From Candidatus Latescibacterota bacterium (GTDB taxonomy: Bacteria; Latescibacterota; UBA2968): a stretch of 64,000 nt of DNA. The stretch covers positions 7,040,001 through 7,104,000 of the forward strand of contig OZ240241.1 in NCBI GenBank assembly GCA_965198115.1. Direction: 5' to 3'. Under the pieces are notes generated by a model, which was not told the origin of the DNA, did not search any database, and saw only the letters and a list, made by a program, of their open reading frames with translations. Below are positions 38,016 through 48,362 of this stretch, one piece after another. The translations under genes and the position numbers were made by a program. The stretch's first letter is position 1; each line of letters opens with the position of its first letter.

Positions 38016-39132
38016 TGTTGCCAAATCATTCTTGTCGTTTCTGTGACCACGCCCGCTCTCCTGCCCGTCCCGACCGCGAAGCGGACGTACCGAGGGGATC
38101 GCCTGCTCGACTTCAGATCGTATCCACTTCCACAAAGCGATCCTCGTCTTTGGCGACGCGAAGGGGATTCCGCAACGGTCTCCCGAATCCCTCCCACGCG
38201 ACGGCCATGACATCGCCATCCTGGAGCGCAACGCCTTCGCCGAAGCTGAAGCCGTCCGCGCCGTAGAAGTGGATGTGTGCGTCGCCGGGCCGGCGATGGA
38301 TGTCATACTTGAAGTGATGGTGTTCGAGGTTGGCGAGGGAGTGGGACATGTTGGCTTCGCCCGTGACGATCGCCCGTGACCAGAAGGTGTCGCTCTCGCG
38401 TTCGATGTGGACGGTTCCGTGCACGTCGCTGAAATCGCCGTCGAGGACGAGTTCGGGACCGATCGCGCAGTCTCTGAGCTTGGATGGCGCGAGGTAGAGG
38501 TAATTTTTCTTTTCCATCACGTGATCCGCGAATTCGTTTCCAATCGCGAAACCGACCCGGCGTGGGTTTCCTTCGTTGTCGATCAGGTAGCAGCCGGCAA
38601 TTTCGGGCTCCTCTCCGCCGTCGTCGGCGTAAGCGGGCACATCGAGGGGCTCGCCGTGAGCCCGGACGATCGACGCTGGTCCCTTGTAGAACCATTCCGG
38701 CTGGACGCCGATGGTACCCGCTTCCGGTCGACCGCCTTCGACGCCCCAGCGAAACATTCGCATACTGTCAGTGATGGTTTCCTCGTCGTCTGTGGACGGG
38801 GCGCCGGTCTGCTCTTCGTGTATGGCCTGACGATTGGCGGCGCTGGCCATGTGCGTCAGTCCCGTTCCAGCCACGAGGCAGCGGGCGGGTTCGCCTGGAT
38901 GGTCGAAAGCCGGCAGCAGCGACCATTCGCTCTTTCCGCTGTAGACGTCGTCGTAGGACACTGACTGGGTGGACGGGGCTCCCCTGACGAGGTCGAGCAA
39001 GGACTGTCCCCGTTCGATGGCGGATTGGGCGAGGGCAAGCGTCGACGGGGTCTCGAGAATGTCGAGGGTGTTCCCATTGACCCGGGCGACGCGCCGGTTC
39101 CATTGAGGATGTTTGATTTGAACCAGGGAAAC

Positions 39133-40520
39133 GGTGAGGTCCCTATCCTAGTTGAAACTTAAAGGGCTCCAAACTTACGTTGTGGGTAGACGTGTGAGAG
39201 CGTGTACCCGTAAGAAAGGAGCCCACGATGGAGAAGCTATTTGCAGGGGATGGCGAAGTCAAGGTTGGGTCAGACGTTATGGATTTGGAGACGCGTTTAT
39301 CGGTGATCCGGGCGCTGATTCCGCTGGGTCTGGAGGCCGTTGCCGACGTGCTCCAGCAGGAGGTGGAGCAGCTCGCAGGCGTTCGGTATGCGCGTAAGGG
39401 TTCAGAGCAGTCGCATCGTCGATGGGGAAGCCAGAAAGGGTCCGTGTATCTGATGGACCAGAAGCTGCCGGTGGCCGTTCCCCGTGTGCGCGACGTCGAG
39501 TCCGATACGGAGGTTTCTCTGGCCGCATACCGGGGGATGCAGAGGCCCAGAGCGATGGATGAGAAGCTGCTGCTTCGTGTGCTCAAGGGAATCTCCTGTC
39601 GCAACTACAGAGCCTGTGCAGAGTCGGTACCCGAAGCGTTCGGAATCTCGGCATCCTCCGTCTCGCGACGGTTCATCAAAGCCACCGCAAAGAAGCTGAA
39701 GCAGTTCCAGGAACGACCGCTCGACGACTACGACTTGGTCGCCCTGTTCATCGACGGAAAGAGCTTTGCCGACGAAGAGATCGTGATCGCTCCGGGCGTC
39801 ACGACGGACGGCCAGAAGATCCCCCTGGGCTTCGTCGAATCGGCGACGGAGAACGAACGGATCTGCCGTCAGCTGATCCAGGATCTCATCCGGAGAGGCC
39901 TGTGCTACGACCAGGGCCTTCTCGTTGTGCTGGACGGCTCAAAGGGACTCCGCAGTGCCGTCACCAAAGCCCTCAAAGGGGATGTGTGCGTGCATCGCTG
40001 TCAGTGGCACAAGCGCGAGAACGTCGTCAGCTACCTCCCGGAGGCAGAACGTCCAAGAGTTCGACGGAAACTTCAGAAAGCCTATGACTGCGACACCTAC
40101 GAGGAGGCAAAGGCCGCACTCGAATCACTCAAACCCGAACTCAAGCTGATGAATCAGTCTGCCGTGGCAAGCCTCGAGGAAGGACTGGAGGAAACCCTGA
40201 CCCTCCACCGGCTGGGGATGCTCCCGTTCTTGAAGCGAAGCTTCCGAACCACCAATTGCATCGAGGCGCTCAACAGCATGACCGGCAACCTGATACGGAA
40301 GGTCAACCGCTGGAACAACTCTCCTCAGCGACACAGATGGGTCGCGGCCGCACTCCTCGACATCGAACCACGCCTGCGACGCGTGAGCGGATACAAACAC
40401 CTCCCGCTGCTCAGGCAAGCACTGAAAAACAACCTGAATCTCGGCGACAATCAAGATGCTCGGCAGAGAGCATGAATACCACGGAGCCCGATGAGTTTCA
40501 ACTGACTATGGGACTTGACC
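39133..40520 (+). mobile_element. IS256-family element B, intact and distinct from A
   Basis: TIRs ggtgaggtccctatcctagttgaaact / ggtcaagtcccatagtcagttgaaact; TSD agggaaac at 39125-39132 and 40521-40528. Confidence 0.95.
39228..40475 (+). CDS. IS256-family transposase
   Basis: VPRVR, FIDGK, VLDGSKGL, RCQWHKREN, RTTNCIE. Confidence 0.93.
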   Translation: MEKLFAGDGEVKVGSDVMDLETRLSVIRALIPLGLEAVADVLQQEVEQLAGVRYARKGSEQSHRRWGSQKGSVYLMDQKLPVAVPRVRDVESDTEVSLAAYRGMQRPRAMDEKLLLRVLKGISCRNYRACAESVPEAFGISASSVSRRFIKATAKKLKQFQERPLDDYDLVALFIDGKSFADEEIVIAPGVTTDGQKIPLGFVESATENERICRQLIQDLIRRGLCYDQGLLVVLDGSKGLRSAVTKALKGDVCVHRCQWHKRENVVSYLPEAERPRVRRKLQKAYDCDTYEEAKAALESLKPELKLMNQSAVASLEEGLEETLTLHRLGMLPFLKRSFRTTNCIEALNSMTGNLIRKVNRWNNSPQRHRWVAAALLDIEPRLRRVSGYKHLPLLRQALKNNLNLGDNQDARQRA

Positions 40521-40564
40521 AGGGAAACCATTGAAATCGAGAATGGACTAGAATTGGAAAGACG

Positions 40565-40893
40565 CCACTGAGGGCACTGAGACCACTGAGGATTAAAAGC
40601 TGACTCTGATCGGTCGTGTGGCTGTAAACCGGAGTCTGCCGTATGTAACGGGAAATAAGCAGGATACTCAATGGAAAGTTTAGGTGGGAGGCGATATTGG
40701 CAGAAATCAGTGTTTGAAGACAACTTTTTTCGACAATCGATCGTCTTCATACCAGGAACACACATTGCAGAAGGGGCTGGTGAGGGTTCGGGTATTGGTG
40801 CTGAAGCAGCCGGGGCCGTAGAAGGACGGGCACAATGCACTCCGACCTGATCCCTGATGGGCCTCTCTCCGTGTCCTCTGTGTGCTCAGTGGC
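40565..40893. repeat. Inverted pair of nonamer arrays bracketing about 270 bp
   Basis: ccactgagggcactgagaccactgagg ... cctctctccgtgtcctctgtgtgctcagtggc. Confidence 0.7.
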
Positions 40894-40911
40894 GCATTTA
40901 AGGGGTTTCGC

Positions 40912-41491
40912 TTGACAGAAACCTATCTCATCGACGCATTCCTACAGGGTGACAAGGCCGCCTTCAACGACCTCGTCCGTCTGTGGCATACTCGGATTTA
41001 CAACTTCGTTCTGCGATACGTGGGGGACCGGGATGAGGCGAGCGATCTTGCCCAGCAGACGTTCATCCGGGCCTACACGGGGTTGGCCAGGCTCGAGGAT
41101 CCCGACAGCTTCTCGACGTGGATCTACCGGATTGCGATGAACGCCTGCCGGGACGCGGGACGGGCTCGGCAGCGACGGGTGATGGTGGATGCAGAAGATG
41201 AGGCGGTGGCCGTGGAGCTACAGGCCAATCCCGCTACGCGGCCCGATGCGACAACCCAGGCAGGTGAACTGAGGGACTTGCTAAAACCGTGCACTGCAAT
41301 CGATTCCCGAAGAACAACGCGTCGTGGTGATTATGAAGGAGTATGAAGGGTTGAAGCTGCGTGAAGTGGCCGAGGCACTCGATGTATCGATCAACACGGT
41401 GAAAACCCGGCTGTATCGCGGGCTGGTCAATCTGAAAGAGGTTTTCGATTCGTGGCAGGTCACTGAGGAGATGATCCGGTATGACACGTGA
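40912..41491 (+). CDS. ECF sigma-70 factor (RpoE-like), frameshift at about 41283-41286
   Basis: GDKAAFNDLV, DLAQQTFIRAY, FSTWIYRIAMN; region 4 (IPEEQRVVVIMKEYEGL..REVAEALDVSINTVKTRLYRG) lies in the +1 frame after ctaaaac. Confidence 0.85.
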
Positions 41492-42137
41492 CGAACTGAA
41501 CGAGCAACTGGTCGCCTACCTTTACGACGAGTTGGATGAGGACGAGCGGCGTGAGCTGGAGGTCTTTCTGGATGCGAACGAGGATGCGCGGCAACAGCTC
41601 GCAGATCTGCGGCGCACGCGCAGAGTGCTGGGAGCGTGGGAGGATGAGGCGCCGCCTTCCGAAGTGACGTTCGTTTCTGAGGATGCGTCGGTGGGTAAGA
41701 AGCGACTCGTGATCGACTTTACCTGGCAACGGGCAGCCGCGGTGGGGTTCGCGATCGCTGCGGTCCTGGTGTTGGCCTTTACACGTGTGGATGTATCCGT
41801 GAACGAAGGGTCGATGGCCGTCCTGATGAACTGGTCCGATCCGACGGGCTCTTCCGCATCCGAATCGGACTCGGTCCTGACGGTCGATCGGTTCGTCGAG
41901 TATCAGCGCGAGTATTTGGGATTGACGCAGGGTCTGATCGAGGCATCGGAGCTTCGACAGCGAGCTGCGATGATCGAATTCGCGGGCGTCCTCGAGGCCC
42001 GACGGCAAGAGGACCTTCGAGAGATCGGCAGGGGGATGCAGAATGTGGGGCAAATCGCCGAAAGGGGTTATCTGCAGTCGGGAGCGCTCCTGACGCGACT
42101 GGCCCGTTCCGGGAAGGAGAGAGGAGACACACGATGA
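41481..42137 (+). CDS. Membrane-anchored anti-sigma factor
   Basis: LVAYLYDELDEDERRELE N-terminal anti-sigma-like domain, one TM helix; overlaps the sigma gene. Confidence 0.75.
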   Translation: MTRDELNEQLVAYLYDELDEDERRELEVFLDANEDARQQLADLRRTRRVLGAWEDEAPPSEVTFVSEDASVGKKRLVIDFTWQRAAAVGFAIAAVLVLAFTRVDVSVNEGSMAVLMNWSDPTGSSASESDSVLTVDRFVEYQREYLGLTQGLIEASELRQRAAMIEFAGVLEARRQEDLREIGRGMQNVGQIAERGYLQSGALLTRLARSGKERGDTR

Positions 42138-43405
42138 TGCACTTATTGATGGCCTGGTTGTGTCTGGGCTTTGTCGTATCGGGCACGGACGCTGCGGTCG
42201 ACCGCGCGAAAATGCAACGCGATGTCCGAATCATGGAAGGCGTGCTGAGCGAGTTGTTGTCGGGTAACGATGTCTTCGAGGACCATGCGGATGTGAGTGG
42301 GATGTATTTCGATGGGTACGGCGTGCTGTTTCTCGTGGAGAGACCGCGGGTGATCGTTCGCGTCCGACACGGGAACCGCACGGTCAGCCGTACCGAATCG
42401 GGCGATGAGGAGACCACGAAGCTCAAAGAGCACATCGAGGCGTTCTATGGGGACTACGCGAAAAACTTGGGTCTGTTGTCCGACGACGAGCGGGTGACGG
42501 TGAGGGTTCAGGGTGGTCGAGGCTCGGGCTCGGACTATTCCTCCTTCGGTGGGATGTCTGAAATGGACCTGGAGAAGATGCTCGAGACGAAAATGAGGTT
42601 CCTCGAGATCGAAATGGAATCGGTAGAAGACGAGATGGAGGCTGTCGAGGTGGAGATGGAGGTCGTAGAGGAAGAAATGGAGGCTGTCGAGGAGGAGATG
42701 GAGGCGCTCGAAGAGGAAATCGAGGAGGAAGGTGACGAATCGGTCGCGATCAAGCGGTATGGGTTCGATCCGGCCCAGATCCAGAAGCAGATCGAAGAGG
42801 CCACGAGACGAATCCGCAAGGCAGTCGTGAAGATCTCCCCACACGGGGGCAGCGACTTTCCGACGCTCGAGGCGACGGCAACAAAAGCCGAAATCGATCG
42901 AGGCCAAGAAGGGTTCGTGAAGTTCAAGGAGTACGAAGTCGGAGAAACGTCCGAGAAATCGATTCGGATTATGGCAGGGATTCTGAACAGTGCGCTGGAG
43001 GGGGGCTCGTATGGGCGTTCCCACGGCCACGCATCCGGGTTTTACCAGGAAGGTCTCGGAGCTGTCCTATTCCTCGACACTTCTCCAGGGCAACGCGGGT
43101 TCTACGGTCACGCCATCGACTATTACAAGTCTGCGACAGGGGACACGACGCCGAACGAAACCGAAGAAGTCGGGAAGTTCACCAAGGAGTTGGTGTCGCT
43201 GATCGGCGAATACGGGGGAACGCTCAAGTCTGTGAAGGCAGATGAATCAGTCGCCGTAAGAGCGGATTTCGGTCATTGGGGCAGGCTGAAGGGGCGTCCT
43301 TCGGGTCTGCTGGTTCAGATCAAGATGCAGGATGTGGAGCGATTCGGGAAAGGGCGGCTGGATCTGGACGGACTGATGGAGGCGGCGATCGTGGAGGAGT
43401 TGTAG
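42134..43405 (+). CDS. Secreted hypothetical protein with a duplicated domain and acidic heptad repeats
   Basis: Signal peptide; two RIM.G.L...SG.Y..G.G..F modules; five EMExVEx-like heptads. Confidence 0.7.
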   Translation: MMHLLMAWLCLGFVVSGTDAAVDRAKMQRDVRIMEGVLSELLSGNDVFEDHADVSGMYFDGYGVLFLVERPRVIVRVRHGNRTVSRTESGDEETTKLKEHIEAFYGDYAKNLGLLSDDERVTVRVQGGRGSGSDYSSFGGMSEMDLEKMLETKMRFLEIEMESVEDEMEAVEVEMEVVEEEMEAVEEEMEALEEEIEEEGDESVAIKRYGFDPAQIQKQIEEATRRIRKAVVKISPHGGSDFPTLEATATKAEIDRGQEGFVKFKEYEVGETSEKSIRIMAGILNSALEGGSYGRSHGHASGFYQEGLGAVLFLDTSPGQRGFYGHAIDYYKSATGDTTPNETEEVGKFTKELVSLIGEYGGTLKSVKADESVAVRADFGHWGRLKGRPSGLLVQIKMQDVERFGKGRLDLDGLMEAAIVEEL

Positions 43406-43694
43406 AGAGAGTCAAAGTGCAAAATGAAAATGCAAAGTGCCGGGCGGTTTCCGCTCGGCATTTTCGTTTCTGACTCGGCCCGTCCATCGAGGAAACCGCA
43501 GTCAACCCGGTGCGCCACTCTTCCCCAAACAGAGCCACCGCAAGCGGTTACGACAGACGATTTACACCAGCAAGTGCCTGAACGAAGGGCCAGGTCTGTG
43601 TTCGATATTTTGGCCGGTGCATCCCGCCGAAGATGGGTTATCTTTTGACTGTCGCGCATCACTTTTCCACCAGTCTTACGATTGGAGGCGTCCT

Positions 43695-45536
43695 ATGGCT
43701 GAGACGCTGACTTTGACGGATACCGAGCTGGACGGGATGGAAGAGGGGCTTCCGAAGTTGCCTCAGGTCGATCCGTCCGATCTGATGTTCCACAAATTGT
43801 GTGAGGCGACCGACCTCGAGGAGGGGCAGAGCAAGCCGTTCACGGTCGAGGGCACTCATCTGGCGTTGTTCAAGGACGATGGGGCGTTTCACGTCGTCGA
43901 CAACCGGTGTCCTCACATGGGCTATCCCATGTCGGAGGGCAGTGTCAGAGATGGGGTTCTCCTCTGTCACTGGCACCATTGGGAGTTCGATCTGAAAACC
44001 GGTGGCTGTTTTTTGACGGGGGGAGACGACCTGAAATCATTTCCGGTCGAGGTGCGGGACGACGGTAACGTCTATGTGGGCTTGTCGGGCGGCGAAAAAG
44101 AGGAGGCCCGACTCCGAATGATCGCGCGCGGCAAACGAACACTCGAACAGGGGTTGAAGGATCGGAGTTCCTTCCTGATCGCCAAGGCCGTGACCGCATT
44201 GCGCGAGAGCGGGGCGACGCCACAGGAGATCATTCAGCACGGTCTGTTCTACGGTTCCTACAAGACGCAGGACGGAGTGTCTTCGGGTGTGGCGATTCTG
44301 GGGATCGCGGCGAATATGTGGGACGACGTCGCGGACAACGATCACAACCTGTTCCTGGTCCACGGTCTGACACAGATCGCGCGCCGGACAGGGGGCGGAT
44401 CTCGGCGCCAACGGTTTCCCTTTCCGAGTGCGAGTGGTGACCCCGATCTGGAAACGCTGAAGCGATGGTTTCGTCGGTATATCGAGCTGAGGGATCGCGG
44501 GGCGGCCGAGCGCATTCTGATCACGTTGTACGATCGAGGTCACGATCCGAGCGTGATCGCGGATTTCGTGTTCGCTGCCGCGACCGATTTCTACTTCACG
44601 GGAGACGGCCACGCGCTCGATTTTGCGAACAAGATGTTCGAGTCTCTGGAGTATATCGATTGGAAGGGCGCTCAGGAGATTCTTCGACCGATCGTCGTCG
44701 ATCTGGTTGGGCGGACCCGTCACGAAGAGACGTCGCGGTGGGCGGATTCGGTTCCGGTTTTAGAGGATGTGTTCAAACGACTGGACGGGATCTGGGAAGA
44801 CAATCAGTCGAATGAGGCCGATCTGGATGTGTCGGAGTTCGCGCAGGTGATGCTCCAGGACGAATTCGAACCGATCGTGGCTGCGGTCGAGGAGAAACTG
44901 CGAGAGGGTGTCGATCCGAAGGCGATCTGCCGGGCGATGGCCTACGCGAGCGCGATTCGTACCAGCCGCTTCCACCTGAAGAACGAAGGTGATTGGCACG
45001 ATGTCGCCAACATTTACTCCTATGCTCACGCGCTCTATCGCGCCTTCCATTTGGCTCCAAGCAAGGAGTTGCTGCGTGGGTTGTTCCACGGCGCCGTGTT
45101 TATGACGTATGTCCGGTGGCTGAATATGCCATCAGCGAGAGTGCCGAATCCCGGCCAGACTTTGGGTGAACCCTTTGCGTCGGACAAGGCGATGCTGGAG
45201 CGGTTGCAGGAGTTCGCCGACTTTCAAAAAGTGTTCGAGGCAGAGCTGGTCGTGAATCAGTATCTGGAGGAAGGCCGAGACGTTGAGGCGCTCAGGTACG
45301 CCCTTGCTCACGTGACGCTGCGGGAGGACGCAGAGCTTCACATGTTCCAGGTGCTGGAGGTGGCGTATCGACACTTCGAGCTGAGCGATGATCCCGAAGA
45401 ACAGCGGATGCATATGCTCGCGGCGACGCGTTACATTACCGCTCAGAAGGTGATGAAGGGGATTCTGTGGTCGACGGAGAATGCGGAGCGGCTGCAGCGA
45501 GGTGATTTGCTGAGCGAGAGGGACGACGACAACTAG
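43695..45536 (+). CDS. Rieske [2Fe-2S] domain fused to a large uncharacterised helical domain
   Basis: NRCPHMG...LCHWHHWEF; RBS ggagg; start re-called at MAETL. Confidence 0.88.
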   Translation: MAETLTLTDTELDGMEEGLPKLPQVDPSDLMFHKLCEATDLEEGQSKPFTVEGTHLALFKDDGAFHVVDNRCPHMGYPMSEGSVRDGVLLCHWHHWEFDLKTGGCFLTGGDDLKSFPVEVRDDGNVYVGLSGGEKEEARLRMIARGKRTLEQGLKDRSSFLIAKAVTALRESGATPQEIIQHGLFYGSYKTQDGVSSGVAILGIAANMWDDVADNDHNLFLVHGLTQIARRTGGGSRRQRFPFPSASGDPDLETLKRWFRRYIELRDRGAAERILITLYDRGHDPSVIADFVFAAATDFYFTGDGHALDFANKMFESLEYIDWKGAQEILRPIVVDLVGRTRHEETSRWADSVPVLEDVFKRLDGIWEDNQSNEADLDVSEFAQVMLQDEFEPIVAAVEEKLREGVDPKAICRAMAYASAIRTSRFHLKNEGDWHDVANIYSYAHALYRAFHLAPSKELLRGLFHGAVFMTYVRWLNMPSARVPNPGQTLGEPFASDKAMLERLQEFADFQKVFEAELVVNQYLEEGRDVEALRYALAHVTLREDAELHMFQVLEVAYRHFELSDDPEEQRMHMLAATRYITAQKVMKGILWSTENAERLQRGDLLSERDDDN

Positions 45537-45610
45537 AACCACTAAGGCTCCAAGACACCAAGAAGGCTAAACACGAAGACGCGAAGAACTGTGTAAGCCT
45601 TCGGATATCG

Positions 45611-45646
45611 AGGCGGGATCTTATCTTGAGATCCCGCCTTTCCTTT
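45611..45646 (+). terminator. Intrinsic terminator
   Basis: aggcgggatct / agatcccgcct followed by ttccttt. Confidence 0.7.
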
Positions 45647-45681
45647 GTGTTAGAGCGTGGATGTGACGCTACATTGTATCG

Positions 45682-46275
45682 ATGGCTGAGGAGATCGACA
45701 AGGTAGGGGAGCTGGTCGATAGGATTGCGACGAAGGAGTCGCGCGCCAGGACGCGGCTGGTGGGAATCGATGGATGCGGCGGAGCGGGGAAGTCGACGCT
45801 GGCGCAACAGCTCGTGAACCGAATGACAGATGCCAGGGCGATCGGCGTCGATGACTTCTGGTTGACGAAGGCGATCCGACCGGAGCGGGCGAGAGTGATT
45901 GAGGAACCGGGGTGCGATTACGACTGGCAGCGCCTCCGCGACCAGGTTCTCGTGCCGCTGATGGGGGACCGACCTGGGCGATATCAGCGATACGATTGGG
46001 AATCGGACGCCCTCCACGAATGGCACGATGTGGCGGTGGGTGGAACGGTGATTGTCGAGGGCGTGTTCGTCACCAGACAGGAACTGGCATCCTACTATGA
46101 CCTGCGGGTCTGGGTGGACGTCGATGAGGGGGAGTGTCTGGCGCGAGGGATCGAGCGGGATGGCGGCCAGCATCGTGAGCTCTGGGAAGGTGAATGGATG
46201 CCGGCCTATCGGACCTACATCGATCAGGATGATCCTGTGGCACGAGCCGACTTTGTATTGAAGTATGGAAATTGA
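45682..46275 (+). CDS. Uridine kinase-like P-loop kinase
   Basis: GIDGCGGAGKSTLA, DDF, RYDW, IVEGV, RGIERDG. Confidence 0.85.
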   Translation: MAEEIDKVGELVDRIATKESRARTRLVGIDGCGGAGKSTLAQQLVNRMTDARAIGVDDFWLTKAIRPERARVIEEPGCDYDWQRLRDQVLVPLMGDRPGRYQRYDWESDALHEWHDVAVGGTVIVEGVFVTRQELASYYDLRVWVDVDEGECLARGIERDGGQHRELWEGEWMPAYRTYIDQDDPVARADFVLKYGN

Positions 46276-46302
46276 AAAATTCAAATTGGGCATCGACTTG
46301 GT

Positions 46303-47126
46303 ATGGCTATGAGTGACCGACTGGCGGGGAAGGTGGCGATCGTTACCGGGTCGGGGACGCGTGAAGGGGACGGCGTCGGCGTCGGGCGCGCGATGGCGGT
46401 GAGGTTTGCCCGTGAGGGCGCACGTGTGCTCGTGGTAGATATCGAGATGGCGAACGCTGAGGAAACGGTAACGGCACTGGAGGATGAAGGATTCCAAGGG
46501 TCGGCGTTCGAGGCAGACGTTTCGGCGGAATCCGCGTGTGAAGGGATGGTGGCTGCGGCGGTCGATCGCTATGGGAAGCTGGATACGCTCGTCAATTCAG
46601 TCGGCATCGGCGGGCGAGGCAAGGTCACGGAGGTGGATGAAGCCGAGTGGGATCGGGTCGTGGATGTGGATATGAAGAGCTGCGCGATGGCCTCGAAACA
46701 CGCGATTCCGGCGATGGTCGAGGCAGGGGGCGGGTCGATTACGAACATCGCGTCGATCGACGGGATCAAGGCGGGATCGTGGCCGAACATTCCCTACGCA
46801 GCCGCCAAAGGCGGAATGATCGCGATGACACGCAACATGGCAGTTCAACACGGTCGAGACGGAGTTCGCGTGAACTGCATTGCGCCGGGGCATATCTACA
46901 CGCCGATGGTGAGCGGAATCCTCACCGAGGAAACGCGAAAACGTCGAGCCAGCGCCGGGCCGCTCGGCACGGAGGGCACGGCGTGGGATGTGGCGTGGGC
47001 GTGTTCCTGGCAAGTGACGAGGCGCGGTGGATTACGGGTGTGGTGCTGCCGGTCGATGCGGGGACGCTCGCCGCGAATCCTTTGTCGATGTACGATCAGA
47101 TTCGGGAAGGAGAGGGTGGAGATTAG
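46303..47126 (+). CDS. SDR-family oxidoreductase, frameshift at about 47000
   Basis: KVAIVTG, YAAAK, VRVNCIAPG; C-terminal VFLASDEARWITGVVLPVDAG lies in another frame. Confidence 0.85.
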
Positions 47127-47171
47127 GAAATTGCCGTATTAGGAAATTACCACATTGCTCCCTGCAGCGGC

Positions 47172-48122
47172 TCAGACGTGGAGATAACGGTCGGCCTCGT
47201 CGTCCTGCCACTGGAGCTGAAGCCCATTGGTCTCGTGGGGTTTGAAAGCTCGTGCGACGTCCTCGATCCTGGTTTCGAGGACGTCGATTTTGTCGAGGTC
47301 GGCTACGCCCAGACCGAGATCGTTCCCGTAGGCGAGTAAACCGAGGGTCATCGGCTCGAAGCCCATACACTTGGCCATCACGGCGTCGGTCGCGTAGACG
47401 TCGATTCCAGCCGCTGCAACACCCAGGTCGACAGCATCTTCTCCAGTGGGCCCATTGCCCTGGAGACCGACGGTACCGTCGATGACGGCGATATCGGGCG
47501 TCAGACGACTTGCCAGCCGGATGAGGTTGACGTTCAGCCGCTGGGCCTCGGTCGGTAACTCGCGCTCTTCGTGCGATGGATAGCCGTGCATCTTGACGCG
47601 GTCTTCCTTCCGGATGGTTCCCATAATCATGTTCTTCAGGGCGAGGGTGACGCAGCAGACATCGTGTGTCTTGGCGATGGCCATTGAGATCTTGCAGGGA
47701 CAGTCGAGGACGGTCTTCGGCATGTGCACGAGGTATTCCGAGCGGTCTGCCACGTAGATGGGGATGGTCTCCCACTCCGTTTCCTGATGGAGATCGATCA
47801 GCTGGATCGGGATGTCGCTTTCTTCGACGAGGGCCTGATAGGCGAAGTTTTCGAAGCTTTCCCCGGAATACTCTTCGTTCCCACCTTCAGCGATCAGGAT
47901 TTCCTTCGGTGGATTTGGGCACGAAAGCAGGAAGTCGATCGCGCCTCTCATCGCGTCAGCGTGGCTGGAAGCGAGCTGATTCTTGTTCGACAGGAAATTC
48001 GGCTTGAGTAAGACCTGGTCGCGGATTCTGGGGACCAAGTCATCGCGTACGAGATCCATTGCGGCGTAGATGTTTTCGCGACGTGTGTCGCGGCGGGCAA
48101 GAGCGACTTTGGGGTTCGACAT
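47172..48122 (-). CDS. DUF362-domain protein
   Basis: VLLKPN, IAEG, KTH, TLALKN..MG, IDG..G.QGNGP, D.YATD. Confidence 0.85.
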   Translation of the reverse strand: MSNPKVALARRDTRRENIYAAMDLVRDDLVPRIRDQVLLKPNFLSNKNQLASSHADAMRGAIDFLLSCPNPPKEILIAEGGNEEYSGESFENFAYQALVEESDIPIQLIDLHQETEWETIPIYVADRSEYLVHMPKTVLDCPCKISMAIAKTHDVCCVTLALKNMIMGTIRKEDRVKMHGYPSHEERELPTEAQRLNVNLIRLASRLTPDIAVIDGTVGLQGNGPTGEDAVDLGVAAAGIDVYATDAVMAKCMGFEPMTLGLLAYGNDLGLGVADLDKIDVLETRIEDVARAFKPHETNGLQLQWQDDEADRYLHV

Positions 48123-48362
48123 TTTAATTCTCCGTAGACAGTCGACGTTTTGGCTTTCACCCAAGATAGTGTAATTCGTCGACGATGGACAGTGTAGCGG
48201 AGGACAGAGGTCAGGGAAGGCGGCTTCCCTCCCGTCGGTGGGAGCGGTTTCTGACCGCGAACTGTATCTGATAGGTCGGCGGTGGGCTTAGCGGTCGGCG
48301 GAGACACGGCTTCGCCCCTCTTGCCACTGACAAAGGTACTCTCTCTGTGAACTCAAAACTCG

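Larger units (their letters stand above)
38113..40531 (-). pseudogene. AraD1/GguC-like FAH-superfamily protein interrupted by IS256 B
   Basis: GTGLTH, QPEWFYKG, DGGEEPE, NEFADH, LAPSKLR, EHHHFKY; ATG at 40531 is separated from the gene body by the IS. Confidence 0.85.

Noticed and set aside
40596-40860. Cargo gene between the inverted nonamer arrays
   Set aside because: No convincing ORF or recognisable motif; may be a decayed remnant or the divergent promoter region
41283-47005. Frameshifts in the ECF sigma and SDR genes (also the nitroreductase near 32390) as programmed recoding or phase variation
   Set aside because: They fall in short homopolymer or dinucleotide contexts in otherwise intact genes, typical of long-read indel errors; cannot be resolved without reads
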